A DNA stretch of 64,000 nt from Octopus vulgaris (GCA_951406725.2 OX597827.1:58900001-58964000); one strand, 5' to 3'. Shown: positions 12,273-26,148, numbered from the stretch's first letter. Notes: a model not told the origin generated them from the letters alone. Numbers and translations are program-made.

Positions 12273-12814
12273 AGAAAAAGAAATAAATATAAATTTTGTT
12301 ACACAGCGTTATTTTTGTTTTTTCTCTCTCTTGACATTTACTCTTTCCACATTTTCCCTATTTCTGCAACCCTGTTTGTTACAAATTTTGCCATCACCCA
12401 CTTTCATCAACTATCTTTGTTTAAATCATCACCATCAACTCCCCACCTATGTTGCTCAATATATCAACCAACCAACCTACTGATCTCTTCTCTAACATGT
12501 TTACATACATTTAGCAAAACTCAAAAGACCAGATCTAGCGTAACATATTCTGGCTTAGATTTCATACATTGAAATCTAATCTAGTAAATCATTTATTCAA
12601 GATAGCTGCACCTATGCAATATGCACTCACATGTTTTGGTATTCATAATAGCAGCTGATTTTAGTAATGATGAGATTTCATGCATAAGTTGCAGCTCTGA
12701 TATAATTTGTATTTAACAACATACAAAAAAAAAGTTTAAAAGTAAATATGGCATATCAACTGAGTCCCATAAACATTTATGTGAGTGAGTGTGTGTGTGT
12801 GTGTGTGTGTGTAT

Positions 12815-13520
12815 AAGTTACTTGGTGATCCTGCCAGTGCTGGTGCCATGTAAAAAGCATCAAGTACACACTGTGAAGTGGTTGGTGCCTGGAAGAGCAT
12901 CCAGCTGTAAAAACTATGGCAAAACCAACTTTGCCTGTACTGGGGCTACATAAAAAGCACTCAGTCCACTCTGCAGGGTGGTTGGTGTTAGGAAGGGTAT
13001 CCAGCTGTAAAAAACTGGTGCAGTCTTCTGCCTGGCCAGCTCCTGTCAAATTGTCCAACCCATGCCAGCATGAAAGGCAGATGTTAAATGATGAGATATA
13101 TATATATATGACCGAGACCTCTGGAGATATGCTGTGACTGCAAAGACCCGACAAATGAAGTGAGTTCATGGCTCACAGGAAATTGTAGTTGTGATACCCG
13201 TGCCTGTGGCACGTAAAAGACACCATCCAAATGTGGCCGATGCCAGCGCCACCTTGACTGGCATCCGTGCTAGAAGCACATAAAAAGCACCAACCAATTG
13301 TGGACGTTGCCAGCCTCCTTTGGCCTCTGTGCTGGTAGCACATAAAAAGCACCCACTACACTTATGGAGTGGTTGGCATTAGGAAAGGCATCTAGCTGTA
13401 GAAACACTGCCAGATCAGGCTGGAGCCTGGTGCAGCCTCCTGGCTTCCCAGACCCCAGTCGAACTGTCTAACCAATGCTAGCATGGAAAACAGACGTTAA
13501 ACGATGATGATGGTGATGAA
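12815..13520 (+). mobile_element. two family C copies in tandem
   Basis: same 3' end and units as 7200-7805. Confidence 0.8.
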
Positions 13521-14283
13521 GATATACATACGATGGGCATCTTTCAGCTTCCATCGACCAAATCCACTCAAAAGGCTTTCATTGGCTCAGGACTACAGCA
13601 AAAGACACATGCACCAGATGTCACTCAATGGGATTGAACATAGAACCGTATGGTTGGGAAGCAATTTTCTTACCATGCAGCCACAGTTGCACCTCTACAC
13701 AGCCACACATGTAAGTTATTTATAAAACAGAACCAGTCTTACAACTTTATGTTTGTTGGGAATACTATACAACGCTGCCAGTGTTAATTAGGCAATAAAT
13801 ATATAAAGTTGTTATTCTTGTTAAATAAATCAGTGCAAGTAATAGATGTTATATCATTTGATATGGGTGGATATCACATTGATGTGTAACACATCGTATT
13901 CATTCCTTGTGAATTTGATAGTTTGTCTTAATGATCAAAGTACTTATAGTTATGGCTTTCTCAGAGGTTGCATCATCACCACCATCAGTACCACCACCAC
14001 CACCACCACCATCGCAGATATTACCACTGCTATGACCAGCACTATTACTGCCATCCCATAGCACCACTACCACCAAAACTATTAACCACCACCATCATTA
14101 TGACCATTTCTATTACTACCATCAACAAAGACACCCATGCTATGATTACCATAACACCCCTGACATCCCTACCATGGTTGTTATGGTAACAACCCATGAA
14201 AGGAAGTAGAAAAACAAAAACAAACAAGAACAACATGCAACAACAACAAAAAAAAGCACTGTATGCTTCATGATAAGACTTAC

Positions 14284-14424
14284 CACTTTAGAATGTGAGA
14301 GAAGTTGCAAGACGCCAGGTGTAACACGAGCCCAGAAGTCCATTACGTTGTCTGATGCGGTTTGATGTTGTTCGCTGTTTGCTGGATGGTGCGCAGCGGC
14401 TGATTCACAATACATTGTCCACAA
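14284..14424 (-). CDS. unc79: UNC79 exon 22 (last conserved exon in window; gene continues beyond position 1)
   Basis: LWTMYCESAAAHHPANSEQHQTASDNVMDFWARVTPGVLQLLSHSKV; caacag / GTG|gtaagt; 141 nt. Confidence 0.96.
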
Positions 14425-15876
14425 CTGTTGACAGAAACAAAACATTTTTGGTACATAGTATACATAAGGACATGGTTCTGGGTTCAGTCCCACTGCATGG
14501 CACATTGGGCAAGTACCTTATGATAAGACTTCTCCTGTTTCATTATCAATAGTCTGCTAGTGGGCGACCCCCTTAATTATCAGCTAACATATTGTTTTAA
14601 GTTTTCCTTTACTAAACCTCATGCCAACTAGAATGTCTGTCTACTCTACTCAGTCCTACCCATAACAGATACTGCCTTCTGTTCTCTCAGCCTTAGATAT
14701 ACAAGGGATTTGATAAACTAGTCTATAAATTAAAACTGACACCATAAAGACGAAAAAATCAGTGGCAGGCAGAGTCTTCTTGATAATTTTAGTAACTTCT
14801 ATGCTGAAGTAGAGACAACATGTTCTTTATCTATCTCCTTAACTTCTTGGAGATTTTAGGTATAATTATACTAATGTGTCCATCTGTTCTAATTTAATTA
14901 AATTCTATGTCTTTGTGCAGCTGAAGATTGCTCTATATTTTAAGTTGATGTAATGATTGCATTGTTCAATTAAATGGAGTTGCATGAAACAATCGTACTG
15001 CATTACCTTTGGATATCCTTGTTGCTTATTTTGATTTTAATCACCTTATTTTGAAATTGTATGGATAATACCGTACTAAATTCTGGTGCCTCAACTTAAG
15101 TATCATATTCATCTGAATCTAAATATATATATACATACATACATACAGAGTGTAGACAGTATTTGAGGACAGATTTATGGTTTAAAAAAAAAAGCTTATA
15201 TAATAAGAAAAAAAATAGCATAAACATAAAGCTAAATTCATTGCCTTGAATTTTTAGTCAAATGAATTGACCTCAGCAATTATTTAAACCTTTTGATACC
15301 AACCTACTTCAGACTGCACTTGGTTCCACGATACAAATTTTCTGTGAAAGTCTCATAAGTGTCAAATTTGAACAATTGATTGTTCGGCAATAACCCCCAC
15401 CACCTGGAAATAATTTTTATTTGTTTACTTTTGTTTTCATGTCCTATTGAAGCCAACATTTGTTTTGGAGTCGGTGAGGGAGGTGAAAGGTAATACATGC
15501 GCCCAGACAGACACACACATCTATTGATTTTCATGTCCACGAGTTAAATAGTGAAACATACACTCACACACACATACTATCTTTCATATACATGTACATA
15601 CATATACATCTTTTTTGTATGTATGTATGTGTACATGAAAGATAATGGGTGTATGTATAAGTGTGTGTGTGTGCCTGCATGTTCAGGTTTATGTATTTGT
15701 ATTCACACACACATGCACCTCCTGACCCATACATACATAATCATAAAAAAGGTAAATGATTTTCAATATATTGAGTAAACAGAAAACACAAGAAACAAAC
15801 TGGTGATGTGAATGACTGATAGAAGGTACATGCACGTACACCCAAACATATATACATACACATAAATGCATATGTG

Positions 15877-16180
15877 GAGGCACAATGGCCCAGTGGTTAG
15901 GGCAGTGAACTTGCGGTCGTAGGATCGCGGTTTTGATTCCCAGACCGGGCGTTGTGAGTGTTTATTGAGTGAAAACACATAAAGCCCCACGAGGATCCTA
16001 CAGGAGGCGGTAGTGATCCCTGCTGTACTCTTTTGCCACAACTTTCTCTCACTCTTTCTTCTGTTGGCCTGCTCGCAGAGCCAGTGGGGTGGCGTCATTT
16101 GAAGGTTAAAACAGTGTGAAGTGCATTGTGACCAGCGATGTGTAGCAACATCTGATAGCCTGGTCGGTCACGGTGATCAC
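15877..16180 (+). mobile_element. SINE family D (tRNA-derived)
   Basis: A-box TGGCCCAGTGGTTAG, B-box GGTTTTGATTCC, GC-rich body, (CACGGTGAT)-like tail. Confidence 0.72.
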
Positions 16181-16911
16181 AGTGACGGTGATAAATGCAT
16201 ACACACAAAAATATATACATACACGAAAATACAGGTGCATACCCACACGCACACACACAGATCTATACATACGCAAATCTGCATACATACATCATTATCA
16301 TCATTAAATGTCTGTTGCCCATGCTGGCATGGGTTGGATGATTTGACCAGGGCTAGCAAGCTTGAAGGCTGCACCAGACTCCAGTCTTTTTGGCATGGAT
16401 GCCCTTCCTAATGCCAACCACTCTGAGAGTGTAATAGGTGCTTCTTAACATGCCACTGGCACAGATGCCTTTTGCATGACACTGGTATCTGCTACAACTG
16501 CAGTTTTACTTGGCTTGATGGGTTTTCTTCTCAAGCACAGCATAATGCCAAATGGACTTGGTCATTGCCTCCGTGAGGCCTTACGCTCAAAGCACAGCAT
16601 AATGCCTAATGGTACAAACATATACACACATATTTTTCTTTTACTTGTTTCAGTCATTTGACTGCGGCCATGGTGGAGCACCGCCTTTTGTCGAGCAAAT
16701 TGACCCCAGGATTTATTCTTTGTAAGCTGAGTATACTCAATGCCCACGAGAAGAATGAGACAGATCTGAATGGATGGTAGGGTCAAGATTGGAATGTCTT
16801 TGACCTGAGGCCAAACAACAGCAACTCATTTTTTTCATTTTCAAAACATTTCATTTATAACCAGTAATAAATTGCATTAATAATTTATCTAAAATATTTC
16901 CACATACTTAC

Positions 16912-16962
16912 TTGACATAAAATAAAAGCATGGAATAGGGAAGACATATGTAGCACTGAAGT
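16912..16962 (-). CDS. unc79: UNC79 exon 21
   Basis: ttgcag / gtaagt; TSVLHMSSLFHAFILCQ; 51 nt. Confidence 0.96.
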
Positions 16963-17054
16963 CTGCAACAAAAAAAATATCAAAGTTAATTGAGACTAAA
17001 ATTACTAAACAGCATACATAATATAAATATACGATACATAACATATACATGGGG

Positions 17055-18555
17055 AATACCAAATGAACAAAGGGATCGTTTTTATGATATTCTTTTGCAG
17101 ACTACCTCAAAGACAAATGATAGTGACCTTGTCTTCATGGCTGATGACTTCAATGGGCATGTTGGGCAGCATCTGAATGTCTTCCGTAGTGTACATGATG
17201 GCCATGAAATATGCTCCTGTAACAAGGAGGGAACAAGGCTACTGGAGTTCTGTGATGCAAATAACCTAATGATCTGCAACACCAACTTTATGAAGCCTGC
17301 CAGTCAACTGATAACCCTATCAATCTGGTGGCCATACGAGCCAGAATCACTACATTCTCACCAGAAAGTGAGATATATGGTTGCTCATAAATGCAAAGAT
17401 CTTCCTTGGTGAAGAATGTACCCCACAGCATAGGTTTATCATTAACGATAGCTTTGAAGGAGTCCAAGAAGCAGACCAATCTGGAAAAGAAGGATTTGGA
17501 AACTTAGAGATTCTCTGAACCATCAGAGATTTAGAGAGGTTCTAATTGAAGCATTGAACAAGGAAGAAGAGGAGTTACAGACATGTAACATAGAGGACAA
17601 ATAGAAGTTCCTATGAGACAACTTCCTGAGAGCCAAAGACCAAATTTGTGGCTGGTGCAAAGTCCAAACCGCACCTAGGGTGACATGGTGGGGAAACAGA
17701 GTAGTTGACAGGGTCATTAGAATGAAAAATAGGACTAGAAAGACTGGAAGGGTGGTGGTAGCAGACAACTCTATCAGGTAGCTAAAAGGGAAGCTAAGAG
17801 ACAGGTATACTTAGCCAGGGAAAAAGCAGAAAGGAAGAAGTTTGCCAATGTTCTGGCAATGTTTTGCCAATGTTCTGGCAATGTTTTGCCAATGTTCTGA
17901 GGACTAAAGGTTTGAAGTGTTTCAGATTGCAAGGCAGTGTATCAGAGAAAATTATGTTGTAGGAGAGAAGTCTGATCACATGGATGATGACTCACTTGCA
18001 TTCTACTAAGTGATTCTACAAAGAAAATGGCTTGGAAGGGTCACTATGAAAGGTTGCTAAATGTAGAGAATGCATGAGAGAAGGAGAGCTTGCCCAACAC
18101 AGAAACAACAAAGGGACTGGTGAATTGACAGTAGCTTAGTTGATAAAGCAAATAAAGATATGAAGACAGAGAAAGCATCTAGACCATCAGGAATCACTGT
18201 TGAGATACTTAAAATATCTGGTAGAGCTGGATGTAGCCTAGTCACATGTATAGTTAATCAGGTTGTCCATGAGGGAATCATACCCAATGACTAGTGTAGC
18301 TGCATTATAGTCAACTGCTACAAAGTTAAAGGTGAAACCTGAGACAGAAATAATTACAGCAGTATCAAATTACTGGACCGAGTCATGAAAGTTACAGAAA
18401 AGGTCATAACTCAATTAATTAGGAAGAGAGTTGGCCAAGATGAGATGCAGTTTGGTTTTGTGTCAAGATGAAGCACTGCTGATGCTATCTTCCTGGCAAG
18501 GCAACTTCAGGAGAAGCATTTAGCAAAAAATAAATCTCAGTATCTGGCTTTAGCA
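17055..18555 (+). mobile_element. RTE-type LINE fragment (AP endonuclease to start of RT), decayed
   Basis: DFNGHVG, NKEGTRLLEFCDANNLMICNTNF, NYSSIKLL, MQFGFV, STADAIFLARQLQEKHLAK; many stops. Confidence 0.9.
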
Positions 18556-18737
18556 AGTAAACAAAGGAGAGTCTCTGTAGTCACTCAGCCAACTAAAAAC
18601 AGCAGCTAATTCTCCTTCACATCTTAACCAAACATCTTAAAAAAAGAAAACAGTAAACACAGGGCAATGTAGTGATAAAGGACAAGACTGAAATAACTGA
18701 TGAAAGGTCTGCTAGATCAGGGCTGATCTGGGGTTAA

Positions 18738-19258
18738 CCCCTTGACAACGGTTGACGCAAATATGAGATCAAACTTTTGCTTGCCTACCCATGGTTAACA
18801 TAAATATACGATGTAGAGCTGCCCTACATCTATCATGGACTTTTTAGCGGCTGACGTATGTTTACGTTCGCTATTGTGTACTTTATCTCTTGAGTTGCGA
18901 GCGCTTGCTGTCCCGTGCATTATCTTAGCTATCTTAGGTTATGTTCAAGTCATGAGACTAGCAGTAGACCAATGACATGCGGATACTTTACATGCATAAC
19001 ACTGTGTTTTGAGTTGTACCACACGCAAGCTATTTTTTTAACTTGAACAGAATAACTCGTGCGTATCATATTATGATAAATAGTTTCACATAGTTTGTTT
19101 TCATAAACCGGTAGACATAAATATACAACGCTATGTTATTGTAACAGTGAATGTAAATAGACGTGAGCTTGTTGGCACTTGTGTGTTTGTGTGGCCTCAT
19201 TAGATAAAAAAACCGGAGCAGTGTCTCACATGCTTCAGGTAGTACTGGCATCAAGGGG
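18738..19258 (+). mobile_element. piggyBac-like non-autonomous DNA transposon
   Basis: TTAA|CCCCTTGA ... TCAAGGGG|TCAA termini; CpG-rich interior; no transposase ORF. Confidence 0.65.
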
Positions 19259-19345
19259 TCAAACAGCAAAATAATAAATAAAAATATTTAAAAATTCAAG
19301 CAATAAATATATACATATATGTACATATCCATATTGGATGCTTAC

Positions 19346-19535
19346 CTTAGAATAATCTGCAAAACCAGTTAAAATGACCATAATGTGTTCAGCGATGTGT
19401 GAGCCAGCATCTAATGGTACGGGGAGGCAGTACATAGATTCAGATCCTTCTGTAACTGCTGTATGGGTTAAAGATCCAATTAGGATCCAACTTAATAAAC
19501 GAATATGACTTACACAGTCTATGAATTCTTTTGGT
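19346..19535 (-). CDS. unc79: UNC79 exon 20
   Basis: PKEFIDCVSHIRLLSWILIGSLTHTAV...CLPVPLDAGSHIAEHIMVILTGFADYSK; 190 nt, phase 2-0. Confidence 0.97.
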
Positions 19536-19587
19536 CTGAAAGAAGAAAAAGAAATTTAAAATGTTTTAGTAATTTGACAGATGGTTA

Positions 19588-19810
19588 AGGGGGTGAGCTG
19601 GCAGAATCATTAGCATGCCAGCAAAATGCTTTGTGGTATTTCGTCGGCCGTTACATTCTGAGTTCAAATTCCGCCGAGGTCAACTTTGCCTTATATCCTT
19701 TCGGAGTCGATAAATTAAGTACCAGTTACACACTGGGGGCGATGTAATCGACTTAATCCCTTTGTCTGTCCCCTCTATGTCTAGCTCTTTGTGGGCAATA
19801 AAGAAATAAG
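19588..19810 (+). mobile_element. SINE family B
   Basis: match to 1336-1570. Confidence 0.85.
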
Positions 19811-20843
19811 ATGGTTGATATAGTTGAAATCTTTTTTCTTTTTGTTTTCTTTTTTACTACTTTGTCCAGATAGGAAGCTCAATACAAACTCCTACTTTTA
19901 TGCTTCTTTCTTTCTATCCCCTTGTTCTTTTATTCCCTTCCTCTATGTCATCATCTTATTAATACATGCCATTCTCATTTTCCCTATTTTTCCCTGATGA
20001 CGGAATATCCCATACTCAGGGATATCCCAGAAACAGCTGTAAGATTTTGAATTTCTTCCTATAATAATACTGTATACGACTTGAGATGTTTGCCTTGCCT
20101 TAATGTTTGCTATCCTGTTTAACAATTATATATCTGCTGCATCGGAAATCTGCAATGTCACCATAACTACCGTCTCGGCTATAACCTTGGAGCCCCAGTA
20201 ATCCGTTACAGCACTTACCTAGCATACCTAATCATTTAGATCACCTGTGAATTAAACCCCCATACTTTGTGTGTGTGTGTGTATATATATGTGTATGTAT
20301 CTATGTGTGTGAGCCTTTGTGTCCATGTTTGTTCCCCCCATCATTGTTTGATAACCAGCGTTGGTGTGTTTACATCTCTGTAACTTAGCAGTTTGGGAAT
20401 AAGAGACTGATAGAATAAGTACTGGAGTTGATTCGTTCAACTAAAAACTTTTCAAGGTGGTGCTCCAGCCTGACCACAGTCAAATGACTGAAACCAGTGA
20501 AATAATGAAAGAAATAATAAAAGAATATGTGTGCGTGTGCGTCAGTGTTTGTCCCCCTTGCCCACCACTTAGCAACCACTGTTGGTTTGTTTATGTCCTC
20601 TTAAGTTGGTGGTTTGGCAAAAAGAGACTGATAGAAGAACAGCCACACTTAAAGCGGCAACTAAGTACTGGGATCAATCCATTTGAGTAAAACCTTTCAA
20701 AGGGTTGCCCCAGCATGACTGCAAGTCATGTGACTGAAACAAGCAAGTGATGGAAGATACCAGTTCCTTGCTTCCCATACCCCAGAGTAGAAAAATCTAT
20801 AGCCTGAATAAAAGTGGAGGAAGTGGACATTTCATCAACCTAC

Positions 20844-21013
20844 CCTTGTTGCATAGCTGACGGTGGATGATAAAGCCAAGGAAGGTAGCGTGCAATGGCC
20901 TTGTTTTCTCGGCCATTGCTTTTGGTAATTTCCAGTGCGATGTACTGTGCAATGCCAGACTTTAACTGGCTACCAAGTGTGTCTTCATTTAGTGCACCTC
21001 CTTTCATAGTACT
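20844..21013 (-). CDS. unc79: UNC79 exon 19
   Basis: STMKGGALNEDTLGSQLKSGIAQYIALEITKSNGRENKAIARYLPWLYHPPSAMQQG; RYLPWLYHPPSAMQQG is a UNC79 hallmark; 170 nt, phase 0-2. Confidence 0.97.
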
Positions 21014-21961
21014 CTAGCAGAGAAGAAATAAAAAAAGAATTGGAATAAAATTGAACTGTTAAATGCAGTATACAACATAGACAATGTCATCAAAATCACC
21101 ATCATCATCAAGATGTTATCGTCATCATTATCCTCATCAAAATTACCATGATCATGATGATGATGATGATCATCATCATCATCACCATGATTATCATCAT
21201 CATTAAAATTACCATAATTATGATGATGATGATGATCATCATCATCATGTTTCTAACCACCAGCACCACCACTACTACCATCACTACTGTGCTGGCAGGA
21301 ATTGAATGATTTGACAAGATCCAAAGGATTTAAGGACCACATTGTGCTCTAGTGTCTGCTTTGACATAGTTCCTATAGATGGCTGCCCTTCCTAATGCCA
21401 GCCACTTTAGTGAATGTACAATGTGCCTTTTTTCGTGATACTGACACCAGTGATATCACCATATGGCTTGCAAGACTACTAAAACTAGATTTGTGAGGGT
21501 AGCTATATGCTAGGAAATGAGGGTTAAAGTATGGGAGAAGAGGGTTCCCCACCCCATCATTTGAAAAAAAGATGCTGGTTTGTTTATGGCACTGTAACTT
21601 AGTAGATTGGCAAAAGAAACCATGCTTCAAAATAATAAGTACTAGGGTATATTTGTTCAACTAAGTAGTTGTATGGTAAGAAGCTTGCTTCCACACCACA
21701 TGGTTCTGGGTTCAGTCCCACTGTGTCAAACCTTGGGTGTTATCTACACTAGCTTTGGGGAAACCAAAGCCTTGTGAGTAGATTTGGTGGAGGGAAACTG
21801 AAAGATGCCTATCACATATGAGTTCCTTTATGTGGAAGAGTGTAGACTCAAAACGTTAAAGACTTTTTTACTTCCCGAGCAATAAACTAATATATCTGTT
21901 TGTTGTCTACACCACCTACCTTCATCTTTTGTTTTTTGTGAATTCTCCCTATATATATATC

Positions 21962-22250
21962 ACCATCATTTAACATCCGCTTTCCATGCTGGCATGGGTT
22001 GGACAATTTGACTGAGGACTGGCAAACCAGATGGCTGCAACAGGTTCCAATCTGATCTGGCAGAGTTTCTACAGCTTGATGCCCTTTCTAATGCCAACCA
22101 CTCCGAGAGTGTAGTGGGTGCTTTTACATGCCACCGGCACGAGGGCCAGTCTGGCGGTACTGGCAACGGCCATGCTCAAATGGTGCTTTTTACGTGCCAC
22201 CTGCATAGGAGTCAGTCCAGTAGCACTGGCAACGACCTTGCTCAAATGTT
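21962..22250 (-). mobile_element. family C retroposon
   Basis: reverse complement of family C 3' end; further copies at about 8160, 16290, 36937, 37258, 42480, 47593, 48925, 55067, 55785. Confidence 0.8.
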
Positions 22251-22613
22251 ATATATATAGGTGTGTGTATGTGTCCTTCTATTTCTGTTTGTCTGCACAA
22301 CTGCTTGACAACAGATGTTGGTGTGTTTACATCCCTTTAACTTAGCAGTTTGGCGATAGAGCCCAATACAATATGTATCAGGCTCACAAAAAATAATTCT
22401 TGGGGTCAAGTTATTTTACTAAAAGTTGTTCATGGTGGTGCCTCAACATGGCCAGAGACTAATGACTGAAACAAGTAAAAGATAAACGAAAAAAGTGGTG
22501 TCCCAGCATAGCCACTGTCCAGTGACTAAAACAAATAAAAGATAGAAGGTCAATCAACGGCAACAATGATAAAAAGAGTGTTAGTGAAGGAAAAAAAAAA
22601 CGTTAATACCAAC

Positions 22614-22796
22614 CTTGACTTTTGTAAGGGTGTGTAAGTCTGAGATGAACTCTACACAGTCATTGAGGTATTGTTTCATGCAGTCAGCTACGCAGGTACT
22701 GGTTAACATTTGCGATTGGGACTTGAATAACATACATACATCATTGTTTACAATGTTTGAAGGGCAGATTGTACCACCAGCATCCAGAACAACAAA
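22614..22796 (-). CDS. unc79: UNC79 exon 18
   Basis: FVVLDAGGTICPSNIV...ADCMKQYLNDCVEFISDLHTLTKVK; ttgtag / AAG|gttggt; 183 nt. Confidence 0.95.
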
Positions 22797-22807
22797 CTAC
22801 AACAAAA

Positions 22808-22864
<57 letters not shown>

Positions 22865-22866
<2 letters not shown>

Positions 22867-23240
22867 GCCCTGATGCAGTACCAGGCAGTGACTCTCGTGG
22901 CTGCTGATCTTAACTGATTGGAAGTGTTATCATGTACATGGTATTGTCTTGGTATAAAAGATGGGCTACAGCAAATATTCTGCTCAATACCACAGATTTG
23001 CTTGTCAGTTGTTTGACCTTAACCAGTTGAGCATGTCCCTTAGTGGCTGACGATATGTGCATCTCTGATCGTGAGCAGAAGTAGTGGGGGAGCATCATAG
23101 CATCATAGTTGAGAGAGATTCTTTGAGGTTTAACTAATTCACCTCTGGAAACATGGGTGTTTTGTTCAACATCCTTAAACAACCCTTATTCAGGGATCTT
23201 TTGAGCAGGATGGGTTATTCGACCAGAAGAAAATTCTACC
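22865..23240 (+). mobile_element. (TAA)n-associated interspersed repeat
   Basis: starts ATGCCCTGATGCAGTACCAGGCAGTG directly after (AAT)n; copies at 44675-44877 (+) and 44878-45346 (-). Confidence 0.7.
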
Positions 23241-23724
23241 ACATAGCTTTGAGATTTTGATGACGTGATTGTTTATTTTTAGAATGACATTGTAAGGTAG
23301 GTGTGAGAAGCCACCATTTGGCTGGATTTAACATAAAGCAAGGAGAACATTTGGGCCAGATATACCTGGTTTAATTACTAAAGGATTAAAGTAGCTCGCC
23401 ATCTCAGACATTTAAGCATATTCTCATATACATGTATTCAAATGTTTGTTTTGCAGACATAAACCCATTAAGCCTTTTGTTACCAACCTACCTTAAACCA
23501 TTCCAGGTTCTATGACATAAACTTACTGTTTTAAAGTGGTTTAAATTAGAATCTTCCATCAATATTTCATGCCAAATTGTTCCAGGCCCCAGCTTAATAA
23601 TTAGAAAGTTAATTTACTAAATTCTTCCTTAATTTTTAAAATAAATTGAAACAAAGGCAGCATATTTTAACAGGATTATGGTAACAAAATTGTTAACAAA
23701 AAATAATAATAATTCTTTACTTAC

Positions 23725-23829
23725 TTGAACTAGTGACAACAAATTTTCATCTGGTAAACTCTGTTTGAACTTGAGAGCTTGCACCAATTCCAAGATCACA
23801 GTCCGTGTGAGGAACAGTTTGTCCCTTTC
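23725..23829 (-). CDS. unc79: UNC79 exon 17
   Basis: ERDKLFLTRTVILELVQALKFKQSLPDENLLSLVQ; aag acceptor, gtaagt donor; 105 nt. Confidence 0.96.
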
Positions 23830-23909
23830 CTTAAAGGGAAGAAGAAAAATATTTAGAAAGTTTACTTTAGAACTGGACCAAAATAAGCAAAAGGCTATTT
23901 TCTTTAATA

Positions 23910-24662
23910 TTCTTTTACTCTTTTACTTGTTTCAGTCATTTGACTGTGGCCGTGCTGGAGCACCACCTTTAGTCGAGCAAATCGGCCCCAGGACTTATTC
24001 TTTGTAAGCCTAGTACTTATTCTATTGGTCTCTTTTGCCGAACCGCTAAGTTAGTGGTTCAGCAAAAGATACCGACAGAATAAGTACTAGATTTACAAAG
24101 AATAACACCTGGGGTCAATTTGTTCAACTAAATCTCCTTTTAACACACCAGCATCGGTTGTCAAGCGATGTTGGGGGAACAAACACAGACACACAAACAT
24201 ATACACACACATACACACTCGACTGGCTTCCGTGCCGGTGGCACATAAAATACACCAATCCGACCGTGGCCGTTGCCAGCCTCGCCTGGCACCTGAGCAG
24301 GTGGCACGTAAAAAGCACCCACTACACTCACGGAGTGGTTGGTGTTAGGAAGGGCATCCAGCTGTAGAAACATTGCCAGATAAGACTGGAGCCTGGTGCA
24401 GCCTTCTGGCTTCCCAGATCCCTGGTCGAACCGTCCAACCCATGCTAGCATGGAGAACGGACGTTAAACGATGATGATGATGATGATGATGATACACATA
24501 TATACGATGGGCTTCTTTCAGTTTCCGTCTACCAGATCCACTCACAAGGCTTTGGTCGGCCCGAGGCTACAGTAGAAGACACTTGCCCAAGGTGCCACGC
24601 AGTGGGAGTGAACTTGGAACCATGTGGTTGGTAAGCAAGCTACTTACCACACAGCCACTCCT
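23910..24662 (-). mobile_element. SINE family A with inverted insert and nested family C element
   Basis: family A tail at 23910, head at 24662; family C copy at 24217-24495 inside its microsatellite. Confidence 0.85.
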
Positions 24663-25561
24663 AGTGCAAACCATTTTTTGGTTATTATGCAGTATCTTCT
24701 CGTATAACTACTTTCAGAATTTATTGACCCTTCTTCATACTGCTCCACGTGAAATAACTCATTACACCCTGTCTCTTCTGCAACTCACCATGTTCCTCCT
24801 TCAGAACAATCATATTTGATGCCTAAAAAGATGTGCTTCAGTTTATGGCAAAGTTCATTCTTGAAAAAAAATTACAATTCAGGTTTTAGGGTTGTGTGGT
24901 AACAATTTTGTTTCACAACCACATGATTCTGGGTTCAGTCCCATTACATGGCACTTTGGGTAAGTGCCTTCTACTATAGCCCTGGACTGATTAAACCCTT
25001 GTGAGTAGATTTGGCAGGCGGAAACTGAAAGAAGCCTATCCCATGTATATGTATACGTGAAAAGCACCCATTGCAGCCTTGAAGCGGCAGGTGTTAGGAA
25101 GGGCATCCAGCCAACTCAGAAACCATGCCAAATCAGACTGGAACCTGCCCTCTGGCTTTCCAGTTCCAGTCAAACCGTCTAATGCATGCTAACATGGAAA
25201 GTCAATGTTGATGATGATGATGATGATGATAACGATGTGTGTGTGTATGCATGTGAATGTGTGTGTGTGTGTGTGCATGTGTTACCTTCTAAGAAAAAGT
25301 CTGAAACCACTGGTCCAGGAGTTAGATGGTAAATGTTTTTATTTTTCATTCCCTTCGAAATTTTATTCCTAATAGTGGTTTGGAATTTAACTGTCCTCTC
25401 TAGCGTGCAAAGAGCCCTATGATGGATGTCTCTTATGTGTTTATAAGTACACTGTATCTATATGACTAATATATAGTCTACTGACTAAATTTTTACACGC
25501 TAGGCCACTGGTAATGGAAATTTTTAATACCTCTGATTACCCTTTGATATTATTAATTATA

Positions 25562-25596
<35 letters not shown>

Positions 25597-26148
25597 GTGT
25601 GTGTGTGTGCCTTTGTGTTTGCATTTGTCTGCCATCACCACTTGACAACTGGTGTTGGTTTGTTTACGTTACAATAACTTACCAGTTTAGCAAAAGAGAT
25701 TGACAGAATAAGTACTAGTGAAACAAAAAACAAAAAACAAAAACAAACTAAGTACTAGGCTTGGTTTGTTTGACTAAATCCATGAAGGCAGTGCTCCAGA
25801 ATGACCGCAGTCCAATAAATGAAGCAAATAAAATTAAAAGGTGAAAGATAAACTTTTTACTGTTTCATAAAACAATTTTAATGTAAATTTACTATTTTTA
25901 TCATTTAGATATCTGATGTGGTATACAGACTTTGATTAACAAATGTCAATAGTATTCAGCACTGCGCAATGAGTTACAATATGTGAACACTGGACCAGGG
26001 AGACAAATGTAATATTTTGATAAGTTTTGGCCTTGACTTTTGTTAATTGCCAACACAAATGCAGACCTGATAAGGATTTGGCGTCTTTTTAAAGTAAGTG
26101 ACAAATCTGTACAGGATGATTGTAGACTGATATGAAGAATCATCAAAG

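Noticed and set aside
1-14283. Expected terminal UNC79 exons (EMV...LMEALQECNS...)
   Set aside because: Searched by eye on the minus strand and not found; presumed to lie beyond position 1.
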